The notes under the pieces are model-generated. The model saw nothing but the letters and a program-made list of their open reading frames with translations. It had not been told where the DNA came from and made no database searches. A stretch of 64,000 nucleotides of DNA from Christensenella sp. UBA1428 (GTDB taxonomy: Bacteria; Bacillota; Clostridia; Christensenellales; UBA1750). Below are positions 9,326-19,957 of the stretch, one piece after another (positions within the stretch are counted from its first letter, which is position 1; every line of letters starts with the position of its first letter). The DNA is taken from contig DCTY01000014.1 of the NCBI GenBank assembly GCA_002329335.1, positions 14,697-78,696 of the forward strand, in the 5' to 3' direction. Both the position numbers and the translations under genes were made by a program.

Positions 9326-10066
9326 ATGAAAAGAAACCCAGTGCGCCCCCTGGCGCTGCTTTTGGCGCTGTCACTTTTGCCCGTCAGCGCCTCGGCCTAC
9401 GAATTGAATTTTGAACCCATTCCCGGCAGCGTCTGGACGCTGACCATTCCCGACGACTTTTTTTCGCAGGGCGCCGCTACTGCCGCGCCGACAACGCCCG
9501 CAGACACATCGGCCTGCCCTTGTGCAACGCCCACGCCGACTGCTTCGCCGTCCGGGACGCCCACGCCAACCTGTCAACCGTCTGCAACGCCCGCGCCGAC
9601 CTGCCAGCCGACCACCGCGCCAACCGCGACGCCTGCGCCAACCACAACGCCCCTACCGACCGACACTCCATCGCAGAGCGCGCAGATGAACGCCTACGAG
9701 CAAAAAATGCTTTCCCTGGTCAACGCGGAACGGGCAAAAGCCGGGAAAAGCGCGCTGTCCTTTGACGCGCAGCTGACCTATTGGGCGCGGGCCAAGTCGC
9801 AGGATATGATCGACAAGTCCTATTTTGCGCATCAGTCGCCCACCTACGGCAACGCGGCGGACATGCTTCGAAGCGCGGGAATTGCCTTTACCGCCTGCGG
9901 TGAAAACATCGCCCGCTACGGCACGCTGGAAAAAGCGCATGAAGGGCTGATGAGCTCCCCCGGCCATCGGGCCAATATTTTAAACGGCGCGATGACGCGC
10001 GTGGGGATCGGCGTTGCACGCGATTCGGCGGGCAATTTCTATGTCACGCAGATCTTTGTGCGATAA
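9326..10066 (+). CDS. secreted CAP/SCP-domain protein (YkwD-like) with a Pro/Thr-rich linker
   Basis: Signal peptide (LLPVSASA-YE), a P/T-rich low-complexity linker, and a C-terminal SCP-like domain (YFAHQSPTYG...GENIA...GHRANIL). AAAGGAGG RBS. Confidence 0.85.
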   Translation: MKRNPVRPLALLLALSLLPVSASAYELNFEPIPGSVWTLTIPDDFFSQGAATAAPTTPADTSACPCATPTPTASPSGTPTPTCQPSATPAPTCQPTTAPTATPAPTTTPLPTDTPSQSAQMNAYEQKMLSLVNAERAKAGKSALSFDAQLTYWARAKSQDMIDKSYFAHQSPTYGNAADMLRSAGIAFTACGENIARYGTLEKAHEGLMSSPGHRANILNGAMTRVGIGVARDSAGNFYVTQIFVR

Positions 10067-10371
10067 AAAACACCCTGCCGAATCATGCAGGAAAAGCGCC
10101 TGCCCTGCTACCAATAGCACTATACGCATGTTGCCTGCGGTTTGTCAAGATGGAACCTGAAATTTTTATGATTTCCCCATAATTCGTATGCGGGTGCGGA
10201 CGTTTTTCCCTTTTTTCTTCGTTGGATACAAAAAAATCATACAACAGGTTGTCCAAAAACTTTCATCCGTGCGCTGGAGCGCGCGGATTCAGGCCCTGCC
10301 CCTCGCCGCCGGCTGCATTGTTCCTGCATGCCGGCGGCTTTTCCCTGTCAAGCCTGCGCCGCAGGGCAGAT

Positions 10372-11382
10372 TCATTGATCCGCGTACGCGCGAAACCGCG
10401 TTACCCGGCCGTTTTCAACGTCAAACCCAAACACCCGGGCGCAGCGCACGCCCGGCGCAGTGGTTTCCAGCACCGCAACCGCGGCGTCGGAATCGGTCAT
10501 CGGGCACAGCACCGACGCAACGGCCGTTTCAAAATCGCCCAGCGCGGCGCACAGCGCGCCATAGTCGCCGTCATAAAGCGCCCGGGCCTGGGCCTGGCAA
10601 TCCAGCATGACCGCGCGCACCAGCGTCAGCGCGCAGTCGTAGGCCGCATCGGACCAGTCTGCATGCTCCTGCTGGGCAAAATCGCGCATCTCGGCGGTCA
10701 TCTGCGCCGTCTCCTGCGTCAGCTGGTAGCCCTGCGCGGCGCGCTGATAGGTCTGCGTCCGGGTAAAGGCGCCGTCAAAGAAGTCCTGCTGCACCTGAAC
10801 GGATTCCCCCTGCGCGCTGACCCGCAGCTGCTGGCCAAACGCATCAAGCACGACGCGCGGCGGCAGCTGGCTGTCGTCCAGAAGCAGCAGCCGCTGGCCG
10901 TCCGGATGGGTAATCAGCGCGGCGCTCAGCGCCGGCGTCCACTGCATGCGCCGCAGCGACCCGGCAACGGCGTCTGGAAAATGCCGGCTGAAACACTCGC
11001 GCTCGTTTTCGTCCTCCGCCGTCAGCGTCACGCCGCCGCCCTGATACATATACCAGGCGCACGCATCGCCCTTTAATTGATCCACGCAGCGGCTGTGCGG
11101 CGCGCGCAGCGCCGAGAGCGTCAATTCCGCCACGCCGTTTGGCCAGACGGTCAGCGTATGCGGCAGCAGCTGATCCTGACCGGCCAGCGCCATGCCCCGG
11201 TGAAACTGCACCCGTGCCGCCGCGGGCAGATAGGGCCCATAGGGAAAAAGCTGTACCAGCGCCTCGCCGGTGGGCGAAACCGGCAGCACCAGCGTATCCT
11301 CCGCCGCGCCGGCCAAGTGTCCGTTGATCCACAAAATTCCCGGCGTCCGGGTACGCACCAGAAGCATTGGCAAAGTCTGCAT
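10372..11382 (-). CDS. hypothetical cytoplasmic protein, 336 aa
   Basis: Long ORF with a GGAGGTG RBS and genome-typical composition. I recognise no motif. Confidence 0.7.
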   Translation of the reverse strand: MQTLPMLLVRTRTPGILWINGHLAGAAEDTLVLPVSPTGEALVQLFPYGPYLPAAARVQFHRGMALAGQDQLLPHTLTVWPNGVAELTLSALRAPHSRCVDQLKGDACAWYMYQGGGVTLTAEDENERECFSRHFPDAVAGSLRRMQWTPALSAALITHPDGQRLLLLDDSQLPPRVVLDAFGQQLRVSAQGESVQVQQDFFDGAFTRTQTYQRAAQGYQLTQETAQMTAEMRDFAQQEHADWSDAAYDCALTLVRAVMLDCQAQARALYDGDYGALCAALGDFETAVASVLCPMTDSDAAVAVLETTAPGVRCARVFGFDVENGRVTRFRAYADQ

Positions 11383-11485
11383 TGTTTACACCTCCGCGTT
11401 ATCCTATCAGGCTGCGCGCAGGAATATAACCGTATACACAAAAACAGGAGCAAATTTTGCCTCTGAAAACACGCCGTTGGGTATC

Positions 11486-11522
11486 AAAAACGCCGGGCAT
11501 GCCCCCTTCGGGCAAACCCGGC
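11486..11522 (-). terminator. intrinsic terminator after the GNAT gene
   Basis: Minus strand has a GCCGGG...CCCGGC hairpin with an inner GCCC/GGGC helix, followed by GTTTTTGAT. Confidence 0.6.
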
Positions 11523-11588
11523 CAAAATCCGTCGTATTATGCGCCGCTTTACGCGCCGACGCCTTTTATACTGACCACGAAAACCGCC

Positions 11589-12179
11589 TTACGGCGATAC
11601 AAACCGCACATGCTTTGCATAGCGCTCGGGCGAAAACTGCGCGCCGTAAATCTGCTCCATCGCGCTCTGGACCGCGCCGTCGGACAGGTCCGCGCCGTTT
11701 GGTAAAAACATAACCCGATAATCCACATCGTACAGCCAAAGGCGCAGATCGGTCAAACGCGCGCCGCAGCGCTGATAAAAAGCGATGCGCCGGCGGCGCA
11801 CGGCAAGCTCCTGCGGATTTCGGGCAAAGGCCGGATCCTCCGTTTCAAGAATCACGCCCTGCGCGCGCCCCCGGGTATACCGGCCAATGGCGTCCAGCGC
11901 CGCCGTGCCGACGCCCTGACCGCGCATCCGGCAATCCACAGCAAAATAATCCAGCAGCAGACAGGCGCACCCCGGCGCGCTGGAAAACATTGCGTAGGCG
12001 CAGGGATGGCCGTTTTGTTCAAGCGCGCAGCATTCATACAGCCCCAAGTCCCGCAGCTGGCGCATGCGCTCCAGGGATTTACGCTCATTTTCCGGAAAAT
12101 CCCGGCAGATCTGAGTTTGATAAACGGTCTCAAGCTGCGCATCGTCCATAAGACGAACCGTTATGGAAAATTGTGTCAA
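11589..12179 (-). CDS. GNAT family N-acetyltransferase
   Basis: 196 aa with an acetyl-CoA binding-type motif (RMRGQGVGTAAL). TTG start with GGAGGAG 4 nt upstream. Overlaps the recD2 stop by 4 nt. Confidence 0.8.
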   Translation of the reverse strand: MTQFSITVRLMDDAQLETVYQTQICRDFPENERKSLERMRQLRDLGLYECCALEQNGHPCAYAMFSSAPGCACLLLDYFAVDCRMRGQGVGTAALDAIGRYTRGRAQGVILETEDPAFARNPQELAVRRRRIAFYQRCGARLTDLRLWLYDVDYRVMFLPNGADLSDGAVQSAMEQIYGAQFSPERYAKHVRFVSP

Positions 12180-14434
12180 GAAACTCCTCCCTCCCGCGGC
12201 GCCGTCTCGGGCTGCATCAGCCCATAGTATTCCCCAATTCTTCGGCAGAGCGCGCCATAGCGCGCGCTGATGCGGTTGTTCTGCACCATCGCGGCAACCG
12301 TCTGCTCCCTGCCGACGATAATCACCAGCTTTTTGGCGCGGGTGACCGCCGTATAGAGCAGATTGCGCGTCATCAGCATCGGCGGGCCGGCGTACAGCGG
12401 CAGCACGACCGCAGTAAATTCGCTGCCCTGGCTTTTGTGTACGCTCATCGCATAGGCCAAATCCAGATCGTCCAGCAGCGAAAAATCATATTCCGCCACC
12501 CGACCGTCGTCAAAACGCACCTTCAGCGCGCCGTCCTGATTGTCGATGGATTCGATAAAGCCGATATCGCCGTTATACACGCCGATGCCCTCGGTTTGCA
12601 GGGCGCCCTGACGGCGCGTCCAGGTCATCTGATAATTGTTGCGCACCTGCATCACTTTGTCCCCTTCGCGCAGGGTAATCGCGCCGCTGACGCGCTCGGC
12701 CTTGCCGGGCCCCGGCGGGTTGAGCACCGCCTGCAGCTGCGCGTTTAAATGATAAACGCCGGTTTCACCCTTTTTCATCGGCGTAAGCACCTGAATATCC
12801 GTGCGCGAATCAAAGCCGAAATACGACGGCAGGCGCGTGGAAACCAGCGCCAGCGTGGATCGGAGCGTATCGGCGGCCGTGTTTTTGCGTTCAAAGAAAA
12901 AATCGCTGTCACGGCGCGACAGATCCGGCGTCTCGCCCCGATTGATCCGGTGCGCGTTGGTGATAATCGCGCTGCCCGCGCCCTGACGGTAAATTTCCGT
13001 CAGCCGCGCCACGGGCACCACGCCGCTGGCAATCAGATCGCGCAGCACATCGCCCGCGCCGACGCTCATGAGCTGATCGGCGTCCCCCACCAGAATCAGC
13101 CGGGCGTCATGCGGCAGCGCCCGCAAAAGCGCGCGCATCAAAATCAGATCGACCATCGACGCTTCGTCGACAATGACCGCCTCGGCTTCCAGCGGGTTTT
13201 CATCGTCCCGGGCAAACGTGGGCTCACTGTCCTCCTCGCTGCCGTATTCCAAAAGCCGGTGCAGCGTCGCCGCCTCTCTGCCGGTGGCTTCGCTCATGCG
13301 CTTGGCCGCCCGTCCGGTGGGCGCGCAGAGCGCATACTGCACTTTTTTATCGTCAAACAAGGACAAAAGGCAATTTAAAATCGTCGTTTTGCCGGTGCCG
13401 GGGCCGCCGGTAATCACGCAGACGCTGTGTGAGAGCGCCGCGGCGATGGCCTCGCGCTGCAGGGGCGCAAAGGCAATCTGATGGGCTTTTTCAAAACGGG
13501 CGATCGCCTCCTGCACATCGTCCGTCAACGGTTCGGCTTCAAAGGCGCATTGCTCGGCAATCCGCTTTGCCGTTTCGCCCTCAGCGGCAAAATAATAGGG
13601 CAGATACACCGCGTCGGTTTGCTCATAGCGCTTGACGATCAGCTTTTGCGTCACGATCATCTCTTCAATTCCCTGATCCAGCCAGGGGCTTTGCACGCTG
13701 GCGCCAAGCACCTGAGCGCAAAGGCTGCGCAGCTGCTCCAGCGGCAAATACACATGGCCGGCGGAACCCGCCGCCTCCTTGAGCACATATACCAGCGCCG
13801 CGCTGAGCCGCTCCTGGCTTTCGCGCGCCACGCCCACCTGCATGGCGATCCGGTCGGCAACCTTAAAGCCGATGCCGGGCACGGTATAGATCAGCCGGTA
13901 AGGGTTTTGCTTGACCATCGTCACCGTCGCCGCGCCATACGCTTTATAAATTTTCATGACCTGGCTGCTGGTCAGATCAAACTGCTGCAGAAACATCATG
14001 ATATTGCGCGACTGCTCCGCCTCGGCCAGGCTTTTGGTGATCAGCGCCGCGCGCTTGCGGCCGATGCCGGGCAGCTCGGTAAGCCGCTGGGGCGTTTCCA
14101 GCAAAATGTCCAGCGTCCGCTCGCCAAAATGGCGCACGATCTGCCGGGCCGTTACCACGCCCACGCCCTTGACCACGCCGGAGGCCAGATACCGCTCGAT
14201 GGCCGCCGTACCCTCCGGCAGCACCGGACGGCAGGCCGCGGCCTTAAACTGGCGGCCGTATTCGCTGTGCTCGGTATATTCGCCCGAAAAGGCCAGGCTG
14301 TCCCCTTCCTTAACGATGGGGAAGGTGCCCACAACCGTTTGCGTCTGGCTGCCGTCGGCCAGTTCCAGCACGGTATAGCCGTTGGCCTCGTTGCGATAGA
14401 TGATGGCGCGCACGACGCCCTGAATTTCCGTCAC
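12176..14434 (-). CDS. recD2: ATP-dependent RecD2-like SF1B DNA helicase (RecD/TraA family)
   Basis: Walker A GGPGTGKTT, DEASMVD, HhH-like N-terminal region, and C-terminal SH3/2B region (AMSVHKSQGSEF). The track start at 14482 lies inside the upstream terminator. GTG at 14434 (VTEIQGVVRAIIYRNEANGYTV) has AAAGGGGG 7 nt upstream. Confidence 0.9.
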   Translation of the reverse strand: MTEIQGVVRAIIYRNEANGYTVLELADGSQTQTVVGTFPIVKEGDSLAFSGEYTEHSEYGRQFKAAACRPVLPEGTAAIERYLASGVVKGVGVVTARQIVRHFGERTLDILLETPQRLTELPGIGRKRAALITKSLAEAEQSRNIMMFLQQFDLTSSQVMKIYKAYGAATVTMVKQNPYRLIYTVPGIGFKVADRIAMQVGVARESQERLSAALVYVLKEAAGSAGHVYLPLEQLRSLCAQVLGASVQSPWLDQGIEEMIVTQKLIVKRYEQTDAVYLPYYFAAEGETAKRIAEQCAFEAEPLTDDVQEAIARFEKAHQIAFAPLQREAIAAALSHSVCVITGGPGTGKTTILNCLLSLFDDKKVQYALCAPTGRAAKRMSEATGREAATLHRLLEYGSEEDSEPTFARDDENPLEAEAVIVDEASMVDLILMRALLRALPHDARLILVGDADQLMSVGAGDVLRDLIASGVVPVARLTEIYRQGAGSAIITNAHRINRGETPDLSRRDSDFFFERKNTAADTLRSTLALVSTRLPSYFGFDSRTDIQVLTPMKKGETGVYHLNAQLQAVLNPPGPGKAERVSGAITLREGDKVMQVRNNYQMTWTRRQGALQTEGIGVYNGDIGFIESIDNQDGALKVRFDDGRVAEYDFSLLDDLDLAYAMSVHKSQGSEFTAVVLPLYAGPPMLMTRNLLYTAVTRAKKLVIIVGREQTVAAMVQNNRISARYGALCRRIGEYYGLMQPETAPREGGVS

Positions 14435-14472
14435 CGGTCCGCCCCCTTTCCGGCGCATGCCCAGCGCCGCTG

Positions 14473-14508
14473 AAAAAAACAAGCCCCAACGAAAACCATT
14501 GGGGCTTG
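14473..14508 (-). terminator. intrinsic terminator after the AraC-family gene
   Basis: Minus strand reads CAAGCCCCAATGGTTTTCGTTGGGGCTTG followed by TTTTTTT. Confidence 0.8.
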
Positions 14509-14600
14509 GCTGCTTACTTTTTGAGATCCGAAAGGTGAAAGCACACTCTCACCAAACCACAGGCTCGGCCCGCTTCAAACCGCGCGCCGCATTTAGTATA

Positions 14601-15455
14601 TCAATCCTCCTGCGGGTTGTCAACCGCGCCGCTGCGGGTGCGCTTGCGCAGTTCTTTGGGCGGATAACCGTATTTTTGCTTAAACAGCTTGCTGAACTGG
14701 AACGCGTCATAAAAACCGAAGGTATTGGCAACCTCCTGCATTGTATGATCCGGCTGGCGCTGCAAAAGCTTGTAGGCCATCTCCAGCTTGAAATTGATCT
14801 GATAGCGGTAGACGCTCTGCCCTGTGGCGCGCTTGAACCACTCGGAAAGCGACCGGGTGCTCATGCCGGCAATCTGCGCAGCCTCTTCCACGCGGAAAAA
14901 GCGGTCGGAGGTAATGCGGAAGGTGCGCAGCACGCGCTCGATATTTTCGTATCCGGGCTGATAATCCTTGCGGTTGGCATACGCCACATCGTTGATCAGA
15001 AGATCCAGAAGAATGTTCAGGCGCACCAGCTTATCGTCCCTGGAGGACCAGTAATCGTGCACAATGCTCTCAAAATCGCGATAGACCCTGCCGCGCTCAT
15101 TGCAATGCACCACCGTATCGATCAGATAGGTGTTGTCCTGGTTGTAAACGTCCTCTTCCTCGCTGTCGAGCACATCGTCGCTGTCCACACGGGTAAAATG
15201 AATGAAGAAGAACGAAAAATCCTCGCTGCACTCGCTCACGCGCAGGTCGTGCCTGCCCGAATGCAGAAACAATACGTCGCCCGCCTTCAAATTGTACGTT
15301 TCGCTGCGGTCGACAATATGCCACCGGCCGGAGCAGACAAAAATCAGCTCATGATGCGGCGCAGCGTATTTGCAAAACTGATACGGCGTAGGGGATTTGA
15401 TCGACGCACAGTCAATCACCGTACGCGTGGCATGTGCTTTTAAGACATTTACCAT
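14601..15455 (-). CDS. AraC family transcriptional regulator (cupin sensor + HTH)
   Basis: 284 aa with an N-terminal cupin-like region and a C-terminal AraC HTH (MQEVANTFGFYDAFQFSKLFKQKYGYPPKE). Confidence 0.9.
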   Translation of the reverse strand: MVNVLKAHATRTVIDCASIKSPTPYQFCKYAAPHHELIFVCSGRWHIVDRSETYNLKAGDVLFLHSGRHDLRVSECSEDFSFFFIHFTRVDSDDVLDSEEEDVYNQDNTYLIDTVVHCNERGRVYRDFESIVHDYWSSRDDKLVRLNILLDLLINDVAYANRKDYQPGYENIERVLRTFRITSDRFFRVEEAAQIAGMSTRSLSEWFKRATGQSVYRYQINFKLEMAYKLLQRQPDHTMQEVANTFGFYDAFQFSKLFKQKYGYPPKELRKRTRSGAVDNPQED

Positions 15456-15577
15456 AGTGTTTCCTCATTTCTATCGCAAGCAAAAGCATAAAAGGGTAAC
15501 TGGATTGATTTATTATACCGCATAACAGGGGCATTTTCAACCAAAACTTCCGCAGCACATCGTATTGATACCAAAAA

Positions 15578-16678
15578 TTACCGGTTTTGACCCAAAACCG
15601 CCGGATCTGCCGCCGGCGAGGCGATCGTCGCGCCGCCAAGGCAGACGTCCCCATCGTAAAGCACGAGGATCTGTCCGGGCGTCACCGCGCGCAAGGGCGC
15701 GTCAAACTGCGCCAGAAGCCTTCCGTCCGACAGCACCGTCACGCGGCAGGGCTGATCCGCCTGACGGTAACGCACCTTGGCCATGCAGGAAAACTGTCCG
15801 CACGGCGGCTCGCCCGCCACCCAGGAGGGGTTTTCCGCCATAAGCGCCGTCGTAAACAGCGACGGATCCTCCCCCCGCGAAACGATCAGGCGGTTGTTTT
15901 CCAAATCCTTATCGATCACGAACCAGCTTTCCCCTGCGCCGCCAAGGCCCAGGCCGCGCCGCTGCCCCAGCGTATAAAACATCAGCCCGTCATGCCGCCC
16001 CACGACCGTACCGTCTTTTAAGCACATATCGCCGGGCTGCGCAGGCAAAAACTGCATCAAAAACTGCTTGAACCGGCGCTCGCCAATAAAACAGACGCCC
16101 GTCGAATCCTTTTTATCGCCGGTCACCAGGCCGGCCTGGCGCGCAATCTGGCGTACCTGCGCCTTGGTCATATTGCCGACGGGAAAAAGCACGTTTTCAA
16201 GCTGGCTTTGCGACAGCAGCGACAAAAAATAGCTCTGATCCTTATTGGGATCGGTGCCCTTGCACAAAAGCGGCCGTCCCTTAAAATCGCGGCGCAGCGT
16301 GCAGAAATGGCCCGTAGCGATTTTATCCGCGCCGGCGCCCATGGCGAAATCCAAAAACGCCTTGAATTTGATCTCCTTGTTGCACAATACGTCGGGGTTT
16401 GGCGTGCGCCCACGGCGATATTCCGCCAAAAAATACGAAAAAACGCGGTCCCAGTATTCCCGGGAAAAGTTTACCGTGTAATAGGGGATCCCAATGGCGT
16501 CGCATACGTCGCGCACGTCCTGATAGTCCGCCGTGGCGGTACACTCGCCGTTTTCATCCTTTTCTTCCCAGTTTTTCATGAACACCCCGGTAACGTCGTA
16601 GCCCTGCTGTTTAAGCAGCAGCGCCGAAACCGACGAGTCCACGCCGCCGGACATGCCGACGATCACCCGCTGCTTCAT
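15578..16678 (-). CDS. mnmA: tRNA 2-thiouridine(34) synthase MnmA
   Basis: 366 aa with a PP-loop ([13 protein letters not shown]) and conserved MnmA blocks (GHYC-like GHFCTL, KDQSYFL). Confidence 0.95.
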   Translation of the reverse strand: MKQRVIVGMSGGVDSSVSALLLKQQGYDVTGVFMKNWEEKDENGECTATADYQDVRDVCDAIGIPYYTVNFSREYWDRVFSYFLAEYRRGRTPNPDVLCNKEIKFKAFLDFAMGAGADKIATGHFCTLRRDFKGRPLLCKGTDPNKDQSYFLSLLSQSQLENVLFPVGNMTKAQVRQIARQAGLVTGDKKDSTGVCFIGERRFKQFLMQFLPAQPGDMCLKDGTVVGRHDGLMFYTLGQRRGLGLGGAGESWFVIDKDLENNRLIVSRGEDPSLFTTALMAENPSWVAGEPPCGQFSCMAKVRYRQADQPCRVTVLSDGRLLAQFDAPLRAVTPGQILVLYDGDVCLGGATIASPAADPAVLGQNR

Positions 16679-17580
16679 GCCGGATCCTCCTGATCAAAAA
16701 GGTCGGTGGACAAATAGCGCTCTCCGGTGTCGGGCAGCACCACAACCGTGCGCGCAACGCCCAGCGCTTTTGCCGCAGCCAGCGCCGCGCCGGAGGAAAT
16801 GCCGCACAAAATGCCCTCCGTCCTTGCCAGCGTGCGCGCCGCGGCGTACGCATCCTCTGCTGAAACGGGCATCACCCGGTCAATCAGCGACACATCCAGG
16901 GCCTCCGGAATAAAACCGGCGCCGATGCCCTGAATTTTATGCTTGCCGGGCTTCCCCCCGGAAAGCACTGCGGAAGTATCCGGCTCCACCGCCACGATCA
17001 TCGCGTCCGGGCACTGGGTTTTGATCGCGCGCGCAACCCCGGTCAGCGTTCCGCCGGTGCCGACAGCGCACACCAGCGCGCCGATTCTTCCATCCATATC
17101 CGAAAGGATTTCCGGCCCGGTCGTCAGCTCATGCGCCCGGGGATTGGCCTGGTTTTCAAATTGCTGCGGCATGAACGCGCCCGTATGCGATACGATGCGC
17201 TTGGCTTCCTCAATTGCGCCCGCCATCCCCTGCGCGCCCGGGGTCAAAACGATCTGCACGCCGTAAGCGGCCAGGATGCGCCGCCGCTCCACGCTCATGG
17301 TGTCCGGCATCGTCAAAATCAGCCGATAGCCCAAAATGGCGCACAGCCAGGCAAGACCAACGCCCGTATTGCCGCTGGTCGGCTCCACAACAATACCGCC
17401 CGGCAGCAGCTTGCCGCGATGCACCGCGTCGCGCAGCATCGACGCAGCCGCACGGTCCTTGGCGCTGGAGCCCGGGTTGAGCATTTCCAATTTGGCAAAC
17501 AGATTGCCCTGAGGGTCAAAACGGGAAATATGAACAATAGGCGTATGACCGATCGCCTCGATCAGGTTCCGGCAAAGCAT
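16675..17580 (-). CDS. cysK: cysteine synthase A / O-acetylserine sulfhydrylase (PLP-dependent)
   Basis: 301 aa with PLP-lysine motif [15 protein letters not shown] and GTGGT loops. The stop overlaps the mnmA ATG (ATGA). Confidence 0.9.
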   Translation of the reverse strand: MLCRNLIEAIGHTPIVHISRFDPQGNLFAKLEMLNPGSSAKDRAAASMLRDAVHRGKLLPGGIVVEPTSGNTGVGLAWLCAILGYRLILTMPDTMSVERRRILAAYGVQIVLTPGAQGMAGAIEEAKRIVSHTGAFMPQQFENQANPRAHELTTGPEILSDMDGRIGALVCAVGTGGTLTGVARAIKTQCPDAMIVAVEPDTSAVLSGGKPGKHKIQGIGAGFIPEALDVSLIDRVMPVSAEDAYAAARTLARTEGILCGISSGAALAAAKALGVARTVVVLPDTGERYLSTDLFDQEDPA

Positions 17581-17762
17581 TGCGCATCCCTCCTTAAAAG
17601 GTCACAGAAAAACAGATTCGGGTCTTCCAACCCATTTTCAGTATATACGCTTTGACGCCGGCAAGTCAATGGACAAAAATGCTTGCCAAGCCCCGCAGGA
17701 CAGGCTATAATAAAAATAACCGATTAAAATTTCAATACGCGATTGAAAGGTGGTTTTGTTTC

Positions 17763-19103
17763 ATGCATACTCCGGTATCGTTGAACATCATGGACTTCGG
17801 CGCCCAGCCCGGCGGGCAGGCGGTATGCACCCAGGCCTTCGTCCGCGCAGTGGACGCAGCGCGCAAGGCGGGCGGCGGGACGGTCTATGTCCCCGCAGGA
17901 CAATATCTGACCGGCCCGATTCAGCTGTATTCCAATCTGCGCCTGTATCTGGACGCAGGCGCTGAAATCCTTTTTGTGCAGGACAAGGACCAGTTCCCCA
18001 CTGTCAGTTCCCGTTGGGAAGGCGTGGACCGACCGGTATATATGTCCTGCATTTATGCGGAAAATGCGGAAAACATCTGCGTGGAGGGCATGGGCACCTT
18101 AAACGGCCAGGGCGCATACTGGTGGGAACTGCAGCGCGCGCACACGCTGCCCTTTCCGCGCCCGAAGCTGATCAGCTTTCAAAGCTGCAAGCGCATCGTG
18201 ATAAAAAACGTCAAGCTTACCCAGTCCCCGGCCTGGACGGTCAACCCGATTGACTGTGAAAACGTCCTGGTGGACGGCATCAGCATCGACAACCCCGCCA
18301 ACAGCCCCAATACCGACGGCGTAAACCCGGAAAGCTGCAACGGCGTGCGCATCCAGGGCTGCTATATTTCCGTAGGCGACGACTGTGTAACGCTCAAATC
18401 CGGCACCGAGGGCGCGGCAGCCCGGATTCCGTGTCAGAATATCACGGTGACCAACTGCGTCATGGCCTATGGTCACGGCGGCGTGGTCATCGGCAGCGAA
18501 ATGAGCGGCGACGTGCGCAACGTAACGATTTCCAACTGTGTTTTCCACAAAACCGACCGCGGCATCCGCATCAAAACCCGTCGGGGACGCGGCGGCGTCG
18601 TGGAGGACGTGCGCGTAAACAACATCGTCATGGATCAGGTCAACTGCCCGTTTGTGATCAACCTTTACTACTACTGCGGCCCGGGCGGAAAGGACAAATA
18701 CGTTTGGGACCGCTCCTATTACCCGGTGGATGCGCGCACCCCCGCCGTGCGGCGCGTCTATTTCTCCAACATCACCGCCCGGGATATCCGCTCCTGCGCA
18801 GGGTTTGTCTACGGCCTTGCCGAGCAGTATGTGGAGGATCTGGCCTTTGACAACATCCTGGTCATGCTGGGCGACGGCTTTGACGCAGAAATGCCCGCCA
18901 TGCTCGACGGCATCGAACCGATGACCAAAACGGGCTTTTATCTGGGTAACGTGCGCGACGCCTCGTTTACCAACTGCACCATCACCGGCGCGCAGGGGCC
19001 CGCGTTCTATGCCGAAAACGGGGAAGGGCTTGTCTTTACCAACTGCAAGGCCAAAAACTGCACCGGCGATGAGCTGGTAAAAAAAGTCAACGTCAAGGAT
19101 TGA
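17763..19103 (+). CDS. glycoside hydrolase family 28 (polygalacturonase-like), cytoplasmic
   Basis: Parallel beta-helix repeats with GH28 motifs (NPANSPNTDGVNP, GDDCVTLKSG, GHGGVVIGSE, RIKT). ATG at 17763 has AAAGGTGG upstream. The track TTG at 17652 is unsupported. Confidence 0.88.
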   Translation: MHTPVSLNIMDFGAQPGGQAVCTQAFVRAVDAARKAGGGTVYVPAGQYLTGPIQLYSNLRLYLDAGAEILFVQDKDQFPTVSSRWEGVDRPVYMSCIYAENAENICVEGMGTLNGQGAYWWELQRAHTLPFPRPKLISFQSCKRIVIKNVKLTQSPAWTVNPIDCENVLVDGISIDNPANSPNTDGVNPESCNGVRIQGCYISVGDDCVTLKSGTEGAAARIPCQNITVTNCVMAYGHGGVVIGSEMSGDVRNVTISNCVFHKTDRGIRIKTRRGRGGVVEDVRVNNIVMDQVNCPFVINLYYYCGPGGKDKYVWDRSYYPVDARTPAVRRVYFSNITARDIRSCAGFVYGLAEQYVEDLAFDNILVMLGDGFDAEMPAMLDGIEPMTKTGFYLGNVRDASFTNCTITGAQGPAFYAENGEGLVFTNCKAKNCTGDELVKKVNVKD

Positions 19104-19204
19104 CCGCGCCGCTCTGCATGCACCGCGACGCAAAAAGCCTGTTTGCATCCGCAAAAAGGCGTTTTCCAAAGACTGTTTTTACCAATTCCGTCCCTATATC
19201 AACC

Positions 19205-19236
19205 CAAAACGGGCATGCGCATTTGCGCATGCCCGT
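19205..19236 (-). terminator. hairpin terminator between convergent GH28 and plsY genes
   Basis: ACGGGCATGCGCA-tt-TGCGCATGCCCGT (13-bp stem). On the minus strand it is followed by TTTTGGG. Confidence 0.65.
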
Positions 19237-19339
19237 TCGCTTTATCCCGGCAGGCGTCGGCGCCGTATATGCCCACATCGGGATTTTTCCCATTCTGAAA
19301 GCGCCGCCTTATCCGCCGGGAAACCGTTTTCCCCGGTCG

Positions 19340-19957
19340 CTATGCCAACCGTTTCTGTCCTCTTCCGCTTTGGCGCAGCCCAATTTCAACGCCCTGATAA
19401 ATCCGCACGCAGTTGCCGCGGTGTTTATAGAGCATGGCCGCCCCGGCAACGCACAAAATCAGCACCGGCAGCCAGCTGTGCATCAGCAAAAACATGAAAA
19501 CAGGGTATGCGATCACGGTAACGATCGTTCCTACTGCAATATAATCGGTAATCAATGTCAAAATGGCAATGGACAGCACCACCGCAATGCCCACCCGCCA
19601 GTTCAGAATGGCAACCATCCCAATATAGCTTGCCAGTCCCTTACCGCCGGAAAACCCCAGATAAAACGGATACATATGCCCCAGCACGCACCCGACGCCC
19701 GCGGTCAGCGCCACCGCCAGATCTGTCTGGGGAAACAGCCAGCGAGCCAGCACCACCGCCAGCACGGATTTGCCGATATCGTGCACCCCCACCGCAATGC
19801 CGGCGCCCCAGCCCATCAGAATCATTGCGTTGGAGGCGCCCAGGTTACCGGACCCGGCCGCGCACAGGTCCACCCCTTTTGCTTTGGACAAATACAGCGC
19901 CATATTCGAGCAGCCCAGCAAATACCCCAGCACACCGGCCGCCAGATAAACCAACAT
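19340..19957 (-). CDS. plsY: glycerol-3-phosphate acyltransferase PlsY
   Basis: 205-aa membrane protein with SGNLGASN and HxxP-type PlsY motifs (VLGHMYPFYLGFSGGKG). Confidence 0.92.
   Translation of the reverse strand: MLVYLAAGVLGYLLGCSNMALYLSKAKGVDLCAAGSGNLGASNAMILMGWGAGIAVGVHDIGKSVLAVVLARWLFPQTDLAVALTAGVGCVLGHMYPFYLGFSGGKGLASYIGMVAILNWRVGIAVVLSIAILTLITDYIAVGTIVTVIAYPVFMFLLMHSWLPVLILCVAGAAMLYKHRGNCVRIYQGVEIGLRQSGRGQKRLA

Noticed and set aside
9470-9680. Repetitive ACGCC(C/G)..CCGAC tracts that look like a tandem repeat array.
   Set aside because: This is in-frame low-complexity coding sequence for the Pro/Thr-rich linker of the secreted CAP-domain protein. It has no regular repeat-spacer structure, so it is not a CRISPR array or satellite.
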